Notes: generated by a model not told the origin, from the letters alone. Counted from the first letter of the stretch, positions 27,830-37,561 are shown. The stretch: DNA of 64,000 bases from a virus (IMGVR_UViG_3300009092_000002:1-64000), one strand, 5' to 3'. Program-made: numbers and translations.

Positions 27830-28366
27830 ATGCGGTTGCTGATCTGTTTAACGTTTTGTGTTGCGTCGATCGCCCAAGAGCCCGAAACCGAGATGGATAT
27901 TCACGGAACCTGCACCATCACCGGCATCCGAAACGCGACGGACGGAACAACGGCCACCTGGACGGATCGCTGCAACCTTGAAACCATGACCCCCAAGGCC
28001 GGATTCAACAACCTGTATAGGATTGTCGTGAAGCTCTCCATGTCAGCGCCCATCGCCACAGACCTTCCGGCGATCCATGATTTTGTGAAGGCGCAGAACA
28101 CAACCGCCGGAAACGTCATCTTTACGTCAATGCTTTGGGGGAAGATCACCGTTTCACCTAACAGCCCGACCCTTCGCGCCGCTCTCGCATCCCGAGCGCC
28201 GGCCTTTGAAGTTCGCCCCCAAGTCCTATATATTTCGATGTTGAACGAATCCACATTGGAAATTCGCGTAGAAGAAAAGTATGAAGACTTCGACGGAAAG
28301 ACGCCACTCCTGCCGTGGCAGTTGCGGTACGTTGAATCGTTCCGAAGATTCTCATTTTCCCGCTAG
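27830..28366 (+). CDS. Exported hypothetical protein (antisense moron)
   Basis: Signal MRLLICLTFCVASIA-Q. Confidence 0.65.
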   Translation: MRLLICLTFCVASIAQEPETEMDIHGTCTITGIRNATDGTTATWTDRCNLETMTPKAGFNNLYRIVVKLSMSAPIATDLPAIHDFVKAQNTTAGNVIFTSMLWGKITVSPNSPTLRAALASRAPAFEVRPQVLYISMLNESTLEIRVEEKYEDFDGKTPLLPWQLRYVESFRRFSFSR

Positions 28367-29856
28367 CAAGTTGATGCGTATATTACGCCACCATTGATCG
28401 AAATGGTGCAATCGCTAACCCCACCGCTATCGCGAACAGAAAGGACACCTGTAAAGTTTCCGCTCGAAGTTGTGATTCCGTTTGTGGCGTTGATGATGTC
28501 GGCGTAGACAACAAGGGGTCGGAGGCTGGAACTACCAAGGGTATAAGCGCCCGTTGTACCGGGGAGAAAGTTACCAGAGGTGTCAATTTCCCAGCGCTTC
28601 GACGCGGACGTAAAGAACGCCAGCGGCAAGTACGTTCCGGAGCCGGTCTTTGAAGATGCGACGGCAACGTAGTTGCTGGCGATGGCCGCGAACGACCCGA
28701 TGGAGGCATTTGTTGCGGCGGTCGCCGAGACAAAGGCGTCCTTGCTAATGATCGCGCCAGCGTTATAGGACACGTCGGTGGATGTCAGGTTTCCATACAA
28801 TCCGCCATCCACGGTGATGCGAAATCTTTCTGCCGAGTTCGTAAAGATCGCAATCGGCAGATCGGTTCCAGATCCGGTATGGTTCGAGCCGATAGCGACA
28901 TAGCTTCCACCTATTGCAGAGAACGATCCAACCGAGGCGTTGGTTGTGGCTGACGCGCTATAGAATCCTTGGCTGGATATAAACGCGCCTGGACTATAGG
29001 AAACATCCGTCGAAGTTAGGTTTCCCAGTAACCCTCCGGCTGTCGTCATCCTAAAATAAATAGACCCATTCGTATAGAAGGAAATAGGGTTAGCGCCGTT
29101 AGTTCCGATCAGGAATGTGCTAGGCCCCACTACGGCCGATCCGTTAGCGAACCCCACTAGGCCCTTTGAACTCGCTGATGAATCCAAAAATTCAACCGCT
29201 GAGTATCCTGCGGTGTTGCTGTTTTCCACACGCACCACGGAATTTCCAGAAGAGTTCCGGTGGAAGTAACTTAGGCCCGTCACATCCATATCGTGGCCAA
29301 AGTACTGGTTCCAGCGATGAGTGATGTTTCCGAGCTTCCACGTCACGTCATCGAACGGAACAAAGTCTCGACCTACGCAGGTTCCCGGAGCGCCTGCATC
29401 CGTTCCGCCGATGCACTTGAAGTAGATCGTGTTGTCATTCTTGCGAATCTCAAAGGAGTTCCCAGTAGTAGTGCCTGCTGGATCTCTAATGATGAGACCT
29501 GCCACGTCAACACGCGGCGTCTCAACAAACACTGAAGCGTTCGCGGCCACGTTTCCGGGCTGCAGTACAATATTGCCGTTACTGGTTCCAGATCCGATAA
29601 TCGTTAAAGATTGGCCCAGCCCGTCGCAATTTAGAGGGAACCTGCAAAAGCCATTTGCCGATATAGAGTCCGGTGCCCTTAGTCCGAGATAGTTCACGCC
29701 GTTTACTTGGCGCTCCCTAAAGCGCAGTTCGCCAACCGCAGATCCGTCAGCCAGCGGAAGAATAGTTACCTGAGCGCTCCTTACCTGGCCGGAGGCCGAA
29801 GATGCCACTAATAGTAGGGCTAGTCCCCAAGGAGCGGAACGGCAACGTTTGACCAT
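28363..29856 (-). CDS. Tail-fibre-like protein with signal peptide
   Basis: Likely start MVKRCRSAPWGLALLLVASSASG-Q (ATG 29856); IGTNGANPISFYTNG and GAYTLGSSSLR fibre motifs; internal duplication of about 75 aa. Confidence 0.7.
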   Translation of the reverse strand: MVKRCRSAPWGLALLLVASSASGQVRSAQVTILPLADGSAVGELRFRERQVNGVNYLGLRAPDSISANGFCRFPLNCDGLGQSLTIIGSGTSNGNIVLQPGNVAANASVFVETPRVDVAGLIIRDPAGTTTGNSFEIRKNDNTIYFKCIGGTDAGAPGTCVGRDFVPFDDVTWKLGNITHRWNQYFGHDMDVTGLSYFHRNSSGNSVVRVENSNTAGYSAVEFLDSSASSKGLVGFANGSAVVGPSTFLIGTNGANPISFYTNGSIYFRMTTAGGLLGNLTSTDVSYSPGAFISSQGFYSASATTNASVGSFSAIGGSYVAIGSNHTGSGTDLPIAIFTNSAERFRITVDGGLYGNLTSTDVSYNAGAIISKDAFVSATAATNASIGSFAAIASNYVAVASSKTGSGTYLPLAFFTSASKRWEIDTSGNFLPGTTGAYTLGSSSLRPLVVYADIINATNGITTSSGNFTGVLSVRDSGGVSDCTISINGGVIYASTC

Positions 29857-30302
29857 AGTAGATTTTGGCGAGCCACAAAAATGAACTTGTTCTGCGCCCC
29901 TGGCGTCGTAGAAATGTCCACCGTTGTCGTTGAGACGAATTCCGCCGACCATGTAATTTGCCTGCCGCCTGTCCCATCCTGAACAACGAAAACTGTTAAT
30001 ATGTCTCCCTCTTTCGGCGTTGGAAGGCCGGTAGAAATTGCTGTCGTCGGAGCGGTGAGGGTAACAGTGAGAACGCTGCTTTTTGGTAACGCCGCGACCA
30101 GTACGGCGAGAGCGGCGATGCTCGCATTGATGATTGCCAACAGCGCATCGACATCTTCCACCGAGTAAACGTTGAGCCCTGCCAATGCCCGAGTACTGGC
30201 GTCTAACTGGGCCTGGGCCTCCTCTAGCGCCTCTGCCGTCAGATCCGAATCCCGATTCCGCAGTCCACGGATCTGATTCGCGAGAACGCCTAAATCCGCC
30301 AT
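29820..30302 (-). CDS. Putative tail structural protein
   Basis: Coiled-coil N-half plus LTVFVVQDGTGGRQITWSAEF beta motif typical of phage tail proteins. Confidence 0.6.
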   Translation of the reverse strand: MADLGVLANQIRGLRNRDSDLTAEALEEAQAQLDASTRALAGLNVYSVEDVDALLAIINASIAALAVLVAALPKSSVLTVTLTAPTTAISTGLPTPKEGDILTVFVVQDGTGGRQITWSAEFVSTTTVDISTTPGAQNKFIFVARQNLLWSNVAVPLLGD

Positions 30303-32207
30303 TTACCTGTTCCGCCACATGCCCCGCCAGTACGGTCGAATCTGCGCCAAGTCGAACCACTCGTTAACCGCATTCGTCCGAACGCGCACCGAGAAATTGT
30401 CCACGTCCTGCAGGTCGAACTGAACATCGGCGTCCTGATCCGGAGCCGCTGCCAACGTCGCGGTGGATGCTGCATTGCGCGTGCGGTCAGGGCTGTACGC
30501 GGTGATCGCCAGCGTTCCTGCGCCCTTCACGCTGAGCTGCAGCCTGCCGACGCGGCTCGACTGCAGGGAGTCTCCCGAGTCCAAAACCTGTCCGGTCTCA
30601 TAAATGCCGTCGATGGCCACTCCCTGGTCGTTGCGTTGATTTTCAACTTCCTTCAAAATCTGGCCAGACGCTGCAGGCCCAACCCACAACACCGATTCGT
30701 TATTGGTCTCCTGAACCATCCCGAGCGAAGAGAATAGGCCGCTGGCGAACAGGCTTGTACTGTACGTGTAGATCGCAATATCCACGTCGTACGGTGTCAT
30801 TCCCTTGGAATAATCGACAACAATGACGTGACTCAGTTCGGTCGCCGAGTCCAGCGGAACGCCGACAAGACAACGCTGCTTAATGAAGTCGTCAACTACC
30901 TCGACGGCGTAAGCAGCTGACCAGTTGATCCGGTCCCACTCTGCGCACAAATACGTGATCGGCTTCTCTTCGTAGACACCACGGAAAAGAAACAGGCCAG
31001 CCTGCGCTGCAACCCAGCCGTAGTCGCCGGCAGTTCGATCCGTCACGCCCAGCGGGGCAAGGGTTCCAATCGCGCCGGAGATAACCTGAATTGCTCCCCA
31101 TGTCGTCGGATACCCACCGCGATCCGACATGCCGTAGGTCCAGGTCGGCCCGATCAGATATAGAATTCCGCGAATCACTAGGGCCGTGATGACCCGCCGC
31201 ACTCCGGGCATCTGCCGCTTATGTAGCGCAGTCGTAATTGCCTGGTGGTTGTTCTCGTCGCTGATCCATACATCGGTATCGGCTATATAGACTATGCGCT
31301 GCCCGAACTGCTTCACGAAACCGGGAGAGAACGGCCCTACTCCTGACGAATTCTGCGTATCGTAGTCGAAGTTATCGACCACTTCGGTTCCGCGAGCCGC
31401 AAGGTCCTCGTCTGAAACATTGATATCCCAGAAAAAACTGAATCCAGGCGTCCCGCCCGGCAGCGCTACGGGATCTCCGCCATCGGTTCCCGCTGGAACG
31501 AAGTACCAGATATTTGGATTGTCCTCCCGGGTCATTATCGGATAGGCCAAATCCGCGTCCGTTGGAATATTGGCGACCACAGTAAAGCGCAACTTCTCAG
31601 AACCCGTGCTTGTGAAGCTGGCTGGCGTGAAAACTGAGCCGACAACCGGGCCGGGACGCCCTGGAAAGCCAGAGCGTGACTGCATGATGAATCCGAGATA
31701 GTGAAGGCCTGCTGTGACGACGCCCGAACCAACAGGCTCACTGCCGGTCGCGGACGTGACGGCCATCGGCGCAGCGAATGCCTTGTCGGCAGGGTAACCA
31801 GCTAGCGTGCTGTTGACAACACGCGCCTCGGATTGTCCTAAACTCGAAGTGTTGAAGACGGCGATGAATGCGCGTGGTCCGCCTTCGGCCACAGCCGCAG
31901 CGCGGATGCTGGCCACCGTGAAAAGGGAGGTGGCTACGCTGGTCGCGATATTGAGGGCCTTTACGGTCGTTCCTTCTGTATAGATGACCTGATTGAGGCC
32001 ACTGGTGATCCAGTTGTAGATAGAAGTGACTTTCGCGGAGACGGCAAAGCGGTTTGCAAAGCCGTCCCGCGTGACAACGCGGCCAGGGGGGAATTTGACG
32101 TTCTGGCAAACGAACGCCCGATTTGCCTTGGCCTTAATTAGGTCGAGTTTTGTCCATGCCCCACGAAGCGAAGTGATTAGCTTTGTGGACCATTTGGCGA
32201 GGTACAT
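30303..32207 (-). CDS. Putative tail nozzle/DNA-stabilisation protein (P22 gp10 / T7 gp12 position)
   Basis: Beta-rich 634 aa; synteny after adaptor gene. Confidence 0.55.
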   Translation of the reverse strand: MYLAKWSTKLITSLRGAWTKLDLIKAKANRAFVCQNVKFPPGRVVTRDGFANRFAVSAKVTSIYNWITSGLNQVIYTEGTTVKALNIATSVATSLFTVASIRAAAVAEGGPRAFIAVFNTSSLGQSEARVVNSTLAGYPADKAFAAPMAVTSATGSEPVGSGVVTAGLHYLGFIMQSRSGFPGRPGPVVGSVFTPASFTSTGSEKLRFTVVANIPTDADLAYPIMTREDNPNIWYFVPAGTDGGDPVALPGGTPGFSFFWDINVSDEDLAARGTEVVDNFDYDTQNSSGVGPFSPGFVKQFGQRIVYIADTDVWISDENNHQAITTALHKRQMPGVRRVITALVIRGILYLIGPTWTYGMSDRGGYPTTWGAIQVISGAIGTLAPLGVTDRTAGDYGWVAAQAGLFLFRGVYEEKPITYLCAEWDRINWSAAYAVEVVDDFIKQRCLVGVPLDSATELSHVIVVDYSKGMTPYDVDIAIYTYSTSLFASGLFSSLGMVQETNNESVLWVGPAASGQILKEVENQRNDQGVAIDGIYETGQVLDSGDSLQSSRVGRLQLSVKGAGTLAITAYSPDRTRNAASTATLAAAPDQDADVQFDLQDVDNFSVRVRTNAVNEWFDLAQIRPYWRGMWRNR

Positions 32208-32213
32208 CTGAAT

Positions 32214-32792
32214 TTACGTTGTGAAGCTGCCGATTGAATACACCGTGTATGCTTCTGCCGCAGCGGTTACATTGGTGAGTACAACCAGGAACCGACGCGA
32301 AGCGTTCTGCGCGATAGTCATCGTTCCGCTGAGCGTTGCCCCAGATCCGGCTGTTACGGTGATGGTTTCCGCTGCGTCTGCTGTATTGGTGATTTGGAAC
32401 TCGAACGATTGCCCAACGACAGCGCCGGGAATAGCGGCGACGAGCAACGCGGCGGTCGGCGTCACGTCGGATCGATTCGCGCCGTTCGGATCGCGGAGGA
32501 GCAAGCCTCCGAGAATCTGAGCGGCGGTGTAGGTGGCCGCACCAGCAGTAGTAATTGTCGAGACAGTGCGAGAGGCGAGCGGGATCAGGTTTGGAATCTG
32601 AACTTTGTCGCCAGCCGTAAGGCGCATAAGTTCGACCACTCCAGTGCCTGCTGCGTTGACTGCAGTGATCGCTTCGTTGTTAAGGGCAATTGGAGGAATG
32701 GCGCGATTGGTGACGCTCTTTCCCCACCAATATGCGTCCATGACGCGAGCCAGAACCGCTTCGATTGCGTAGTTTCCAGTTGGATAGGGCAT
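32214..32792 (-). CDS. Putative capsid decoration/minor structural protein
   Basis: TYTAAQILGGLLLRDPNGANRSDVTPTAALL motif; no signal peptide. Confidence 0.55.
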   Translation of the reverse strand: MPYPTGNYAIEAVLARVMDAYWWGKSVTNRAIPPIALNNEAITAVNAAGTGVVELMRLTAGDKVQIPNLIPLASRTVSTITTAGAATYTAAQILGGLLLRDPNGANRSDVTPTAALLVAAIPGAVVGQSFEFQITNTADAAETITVTAGSGATLSGTMTIAQNASRRFLVVLTNVTAAAEAYTVYSIGSFTT

Positions 32793-32822
32793 CGTGTTTT
32801 CTCCTTATATCGATGTCCTCCC

Positions 32823-33197
32823 TTAGCTGGGGGAACCAGGCGAGAAGAAGATCAGGCCGGTGATGGTACCCTGCGTAGTAATCGCGCCATCGGAAAGCTC
32901 GGTAGCTCCATTCCACAGCCTGACCGTCGCGGTCCCGTCCGAAACCAGGGTGATCTGCGCGGCGTAGCCCAGCGAGTTTCTGGCCAGAATATACACGATG
33001 TCGTTGAACTTCACCTGTAATTCGATGCCGACAGAATTGAGCAGTGCCGTAAAGTCGGCAGCGGCAATCGTAATGCCGCCGGTCGCCGTGGCGTAAGTTT
33101 CGGTTGTCACCAGCTTAAAGGGAATCACTCCCACCATCCGGATCACCGGCAGAACCGCGCCTTTCGGGGCGGGGAAGAAAGAAAGTGTATTGGCCAT
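32823..33197 (-). CDS. Putative structural protein
   Basis: Beta-rich; late operon position. Confidence 0.55.
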   Translation of the reverse strand: MANTLSFFPAPKGAVLPVIRMVGVIPFKLVTTETYATATGGITIAAADFTALLNSVGIELQVKFNDIVYILARNSLGYAAQITLVSDGTATVRLWNGATELSDGAITTQGTITGLIFFSPGSPS

Positions 33198-33279
33198 CTC
33201 GTTTGTTCTCCTGTTTACGTCGTCTAGGCTTTCGCGCGCCTCGATTTACAATTCCCCCGCTGGCGCGTCCGGCGAGAGA

Positions 33280-34224
33280 CTAAATTTGTCCGTTGGCTAG
33301 AAGTAGATCGCCCGTGATCGGAATGTACGGCGATAGGAAAGTGATCGTCGATCCGGCTAGCGTGTAGTGGACGTTGGGATATTGCAGGATTCCCCGATTG
33401 TGTAGTTCCAGGTATCTCGGAGTCTGGTCCAACGTATAAACCGCAAGTCCGTCAGTGCCGTCAGTCCCACTCGGAGTTCCAGTGATGATGAACGGAATCA
33501 TATTCTCTGTCGTCCCCGCTACGAAGAACCGAGCACCCAACCTTGCAAGCGTCGGCACGCCGGCACGGAAAGGCCTCGGGGCGACCGGGATGTTCTGCTG
33601 CGCCGTTATCATCGGGCCGATCAAGCGTCTTGCGTCGCCGCCAACAATCCCTTCGTGGAATCTTGGACCTACTGCTTGGGTCATCAGATCCTTGCCAAGC
33701 TCGGGATCTCCCTTGCGGGGGGCCGCAAATGCTGCCGTCAGCTTTGCTAGAAGCAGGCGAACGCCATCGATGCCAACGGACCCAGTAGCGGGAACCGCAC
33801 CGCTCGCATAATACGTGATCTGCAGTTGGCGGGCAGTGCTGGCTGCGACGAAATAGAACGTATCGTCGCGCCACTCAAATTCCATGAGGTTGTCGGACGA
33901 ATCCCGTTGCCACAGATTGTCAACCTGATTGACCGGCGAATACCTATCGGACGATCCGCTGAGCCGCTCTTCGAGTTGAATAACTTCCCCAAAATCCGCA
34001 ATTCCTGCAGTTGCTGGCGTCAGGCTTGCCGTGCTCACCGGCAGCGTATACGTCGTGACTTTTTTGACCTTCTGGATTTCGTAGAGAACAAACAGGTCAG
34101 CCAGCGTGAGATACGCCATACTGAACGCCCACGTTTGGATAGGCGCCGTGAATCTACTTCCCGCCGTGTCATCCAAAAACTCCAGGGCGTCTGCCTTGAT
34201 CGCCTCTACAGTGCTGATCGCCAT
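33280..34224 (-). CDS. Putative head-tail adaptor
   Basis: N-terminal STVEAIKADALEFLDD helix pattern typical of adaptors; synteny. Confidence 0.55.
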   Translation of the reverse strand: MAISTVEAIKADALEFLDDTAGSRFTAPIQTWAFSMAYLTLADLFVLYEIQKVKKVTTYTLPVSTASLTPATAGIADFGEVIQLEERLSGSSDRYSPVNQVDNLWQRDSSDNLMEFEWRDDTFYFVAASTARQLQITYYASGAVPATGSVGIDGVRLLLAKLTAAFAAPRKGDPELGKDLMTQAVGPRFHEGIVGGDARRLIGPMITAQQNIPVAPRPFRAGVPTLARLGARFFVAGTTENMIPFIITGTPSGTDGTDGLAVYTLDQTPRYLELHNRGILQYPNVHYTLAGSTITFLSPYIPITGDLLLANGQI

Positions 34225-34228
34225 CTAT

Positions 34229-34903
34229 TTAGGCAGCCTGAATCGCCTTCATCGCCGCTTTCTTTTTGGCCTCAAGCGCCGCGAACAGTTCGAAGTTAAC
34301 GACGTTGCCGCAGCCGAAGCATGTAGCCGCATTAACCGGAACATTCTTGCGGCAGTACGGACACTCGGTCACGTCGAGATCGCTTGGAGGATTGAGCCAC
34401 GCTGGCTCACGGCCGAGACCCATTGCCGCGACACGCATGAGCCACGTGATTGCCTTGGCGCTCCGTGGATCGGTTGCGAGGCTGTTCGCGAATTCCATGC
34501 GATCCGCAAAGAACAGGCTCTGCGCCTGACGGCCGGCCGTGATCTCCGCTTCGGTCGCCTTGCCGGGCTCTCCGCCTTGCCCAGGATCGGCGCACATCCA
34601 CACGCCAGGGTGGCATCCGGCGCTCATGCCGGGAGAACCCTGAGTGGCGTGCTTCAGAAAATCCAGGCCAACCTCTTCGGCGCTGAACTTCTCCTTGATC
34701 TCCATGTGGCTGACCGGCGCTCGGTTGGATTCGTATTGATCCTCGATCACCTTGTAAACAGGATTCTTGACGCGCTCGCGAATTACGTCAGCGGAGCAGT
34801 TTGCGGGAACACCTTCGATCCAGAACTGTCCAGTTGGAATGAATCGCGGGCGGGAGATCCCGACCGTCAGCGGATAAATCGATGCGATTGTTACTTGGCT
34901 CAT
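34229..34903 (-). CDS. Hypothetical protein with C-terminal zinc ribbon
   Basis: CPYCRKNVPVNAATCFGCG. Confidence 0.65.
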   Translation of the reverse strand: MSQVTIASIYPLTVGISRPRFIPTGQFWIEGVPANCSADVIRERVKNPVYKVIEDQYESNRAPVSHMEIKEKFSAEEVGLDFLKHATQGSPGMSAGCHPGVWMCADPGQGGEPGKATEAEITAGRQAQSLFFADRMEFANSLATDPRSAKAITWLMRVAAMGLGREPAWLNPPSDLDVTECPYCRKNVPVNAATCFGCGNVVNFELFAALEAKKKAAMKAIQAA

Positions 34904-34909
34904 AAAGTT

Positions 34910-35524
34910 TTAAATTCCTCCAAACGAAACGCTGCCACCGCGCGACGCGCCGAGTTTGTCTTCGAGCGCCTTGCCGTTGTCGAATGCCGGCCAAAAGTCG
35001 TCCACGATGTCTTTGAATTCCTTCTTTTTGTCGTCAATGGGCTTCTGCGCTTCGCGGCGACACATGTCGAGAACTTCACTCCAGTTCGCCGACTCCTGTG
35101 CCCGGATGCGGGCTATTACCATCTTTGTGTCTTCCTCGTCCGGCTCCTGCTCGGGATCGAACTGCGTATTCTCGATGGCGTAATACTGTCCCTTGTACGG
35201 GTAAGGGAAGTCGAGCCCGATACTGTTCGCCCACTGCTCAGGAGTGAGTGTCGGGGTTTTGAATTGCGCGAGCACCCAGCAGTCTCGCTCGAATTTCTCT
35301 GCCCAAGAGTAGCGACGATAGCGGGGCTCGACTAGGATGAGTCGCGGCCCAGGAAGGAAAAGTCCGCCAGCGCCCCTTGCTTGCGGCTGCAAGACGTTCT
35401 TTGTTCCCTCTTTGACGAAGTAAAACAGCTCTGCGGCGCGCTTCCAGGCGTAGCGGGGCTGGTCGGAGACGAGTCCGAGAGACAGGCCTAGTTGCTTGTT
35501 GAGGTTTGAGATGCGTTTGTTCAT
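34910..35524 (-). CDS. Hypothetical protein
   Basis: Coupled ORF in late operon. Confidence 0.6.
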   Translation of the reverse strand: MNKRISNLNKQLGLSLGLVSDQPRYAWKRAAELFYFVKEGTKNVLQPQARGAGGLFLPGPRLILVEPRYRRYSWAEKFERDCWVLAQFKTPTLTPEQWANSIGLDFPYPYKGQYYAIENTQFDPEQEPDEEDTKMVIARIRAQESANWSEVLDMCRREAQKPIDDKKKEFKDIVDDFWPAFDNGKALEDKLGASRGGSVSFGGI

Positions 35525-35555
35525 GGGGTCGTGTGGGCCGACCCCGGAGGGGCGG

Positions 35556-36242
35556 CTACTGCTGTGTTCGGGCTAGGCGGCGGCGTTCACGGCGTCTAGC
35601 AAGATACGCTTCGCGGTTCTCGGATTGATACTTGTCGATAAAGCTTCGCCGACAAATTTTGCAGCCACGGCCAATTCCTGTCTTTGTCTTGTACTCGTAG
35701 AGGTTGTCGCCGGAAAGCGGATGACCATTGATACAATGTGTTTTCTCAGGCAGAGGGTTGGCGGCACGGAATGCCCGATATCGAGCCGCGCAACGAAGTC
35801 GATCACACTCCCGACAGCCACGATGCCCGTCTTTGTGTATCGTGTTTCCTGGTGTGTACTCGTGACCCTGTGGACAACGGGTAATTGAGCGTTCAATAAA
35901 CCCGCGACCGTTCGGCGTAACGTCAACATGTTGGAGCGCAGTGCGTGATTCAAGGTGGTCCGGGTTACAGCAGGCAGGGTTCTCGCATTTGTGATGAATC
36001 TGATTTCCCTGCGGGATCGGGCCAATTGCAAGCCTATATGCAAGGCAGTGAGTCTGTATTGGACACTTTGATCCTGTGACGATTCGCAAAGACAATCGAC
36101 CATAGCCCTTGCATTTTGACCCCTGCCACTCCCAGCAGTCGGTTTCCTTTTTGAGGCTAAGGCGCGATGAAAATCTGTATAGATCACTAGTCGAGAGTCC
36201 GAGAAGGTTTCGCTGAAAAGACGGGGCATGAAGGTTGTCCAT
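35556..36242 (-). CDS. HNH homing endonuclease
   Basis: CWEWQG...YG...HHKCENPACCNPDHLE plus two CxxGH...CxxC repeats. Confidence 0.88.
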   Translation of the reverse strand: MDNLHAPSFQRNLLGLSTSDLYRFSSRLSLKKETDCWEWQGSKCKGYGRLSLRIVTGSKCPIQTHCLAYRLAIGPIPQGNQIHHKCENPACCNPDHLESRTALQHVDVTPNGRGFIERSITRCPQGHEYTPGNTIHKDGHRGCRECDRLRCAARYRAFRAANPLPEKTHCINGHPLSGDNLYEYKTKTGIGRGCKICRRSFIDKYQSENREAYLARRRERRRLARTQQ

Positions 36243-36289
36243 GCCCCTATTTTGACTTGTCTATATGTTATAAGTCAAACAAAATAGTA

Positions 36290-37561
36290 CTATTGGTAAA
36301 GCGGCGGCGCGGTAAGTCCGTAAATGAACCCTCCAGCCCCAGGGCGGACGTTGTACGGTTGCTCTTCACAGGTTAGCCCGAACCACACTGCCGCCGCAGG
36401 CCCACCAGACCCGCCGGACAGTTGGAAGAACCGGGCATCGGCTCCACTCTTGCCGGGCGTCTCGAAGAAGTCCATCTCGCCGAGTCGCGCCCATCCCCAC
36501 AGTTCCGGGATGATGTAGTCGATGCGGGTTTCGTCCTGATGGATATCGACCATGTGAGGCATTCCGCACCACATGAACGATTTCTTGCCCTTCAGTTTCG
36601 GTAGCCGGTCCACCGCTTCGGCTTGAGTGGAGCCGAGATCGATGCGTTGGATAGACATCACGTTCATCCAGATCGCTGCCTGTTGCGACGTCGGGCACAG
36701 GCCGACCATATTGTCCGCCTGCTTGCCGAAGCGCTTTAGGTTGCGGTGGTAGAGCGCCATACCGTGCTCGTGGGTGAGTCCACCGGCAGCGTTGACCGAG
36801 TTGGCGATAATCTCGTTCTCGTTGGCGCGGTTGATGCCGAGCGTGGTTCCGGAAGTGGCCGAGTTATTGAAGTATGGAATACCCTGGATTCCAGCCGGAG
36901 ACGCGCCGGAGGTTCCCTCGAAGCACATCTTGTCGGTGGCAACGGGGCTGGTAACAAGTCCGCTCAGTAGGATAGTGCGAGCGCCGGGGTCCCACTGCTG
37001 GATGTAGAGCGTGCTTGAACTTTTAAGTGTGGCGAGCGTGGTGTCGTAGATGTTGAGGAACTGGCCACGGCGCAGACGCATCACGCCAAAGTTTGCGTCC
37101 ATCGTGTACTGCGTCTTACTGGAGACGGTAGCGGTTGCAACGGCAGTCGCCAGAACGGCTGTTCCATCGCAATGCAGGAACTTGTCGCGGTAGACCATGA
37201 ATTCGGGAACTGCGTCCGCGATCATCGCTTTGAACGGATTCTTGATGGCAATCGTCTTGTTCCGCGTCGCCTTGATCGACAGGTGGTCGATTTCAAAATT
37301 TAGGCGCAGCGGGAAATAGCTGGAGATCATCACGACGCCGCTCGATGCGGTGCCGCGGCCCATGTCGCCGCCTTGCGGGTTGTAGGTTCCGACACGGCCG
37401 CCGTTCGTTACCTGGGCCGGGATACGGAAATCGCGCTCGCCGACTTCGGTGACTTCTCCCTTGTCGATCAGATCCGCCGCCACGTTCCACGGCATGGAAA
37501 TCCATTTGTCGAGCTTTTTGCGGACTACCTCGGACTGTTGATAAAGCTGGGCAGTACTCAT
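36290..37561 (-). CDS. Major capsid protein
   Basis: 423 aa directly after scaffold and portal; composition and synteny typical of HK97-fold coat proteins. Confidence 0.8.
   Translation of the reverse strand: MSTAQLYQQSEVVRKKLDKWISMPWNVAADLIDKGEVTEVGERDFRIPAQVTNGGRVGTYNPQGGDMGRGTASSGVVMISSYFPLRLNFEIDHLSIKATRNKTIAIKNPFKAMIADAVPEFMVYRDKFLHCDGTAVLATAVATATVSSKTQYTMDANFGVMRLRRGQFLNIYDTTLATLKSSSTLYIQQWDPGARTILLSGLVTSPVATDKMCFEGTSGASPAGIQGIPYFNNSATSGTTLGINRANENEIIANSVNAAGGLTHEHGMALYHRNLKRFGKQADNMVGLCPTSQQAAIWMNVMSIQRIDLGSTQAEAVDRLPKLKGKKSFMWCGMPHMVDIHQDETRIDYIIPELWGWARLGEMDFFETPGKSGADARFFQLSGGSGGPAAAVWFGLTCEEQPYNVRPGAGGFIYGLTAPPLYQ

Noticed and set aside
2503-29856. Diversity-generating retroelement or invertase-switched fibre tips
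   Set aside because: No reverse transcriptase, no TR/VR pair with adenine-specific differences and no inverted crossover sites near fibre genes were seen; the serine recombinase is far away
29857-30360. N-terminal 168 aa of the tracked 665-aa ORF
   Set aside because: Overlaps the coupled 160-aa ORF 29820..30302 in another frame and reads as shadow sequence; the signal peptide starts at ATG 29856
34106-35335. 409-aa plus-strand ORF
   Set aside because: Antisense shadow of coupled minus-strand late genes; no RBS or motif
35573-36229. 218-aa alternative-frame ORF over the HNH gene
   Set aside because: The HNH frame has clear motifs; this frame has none
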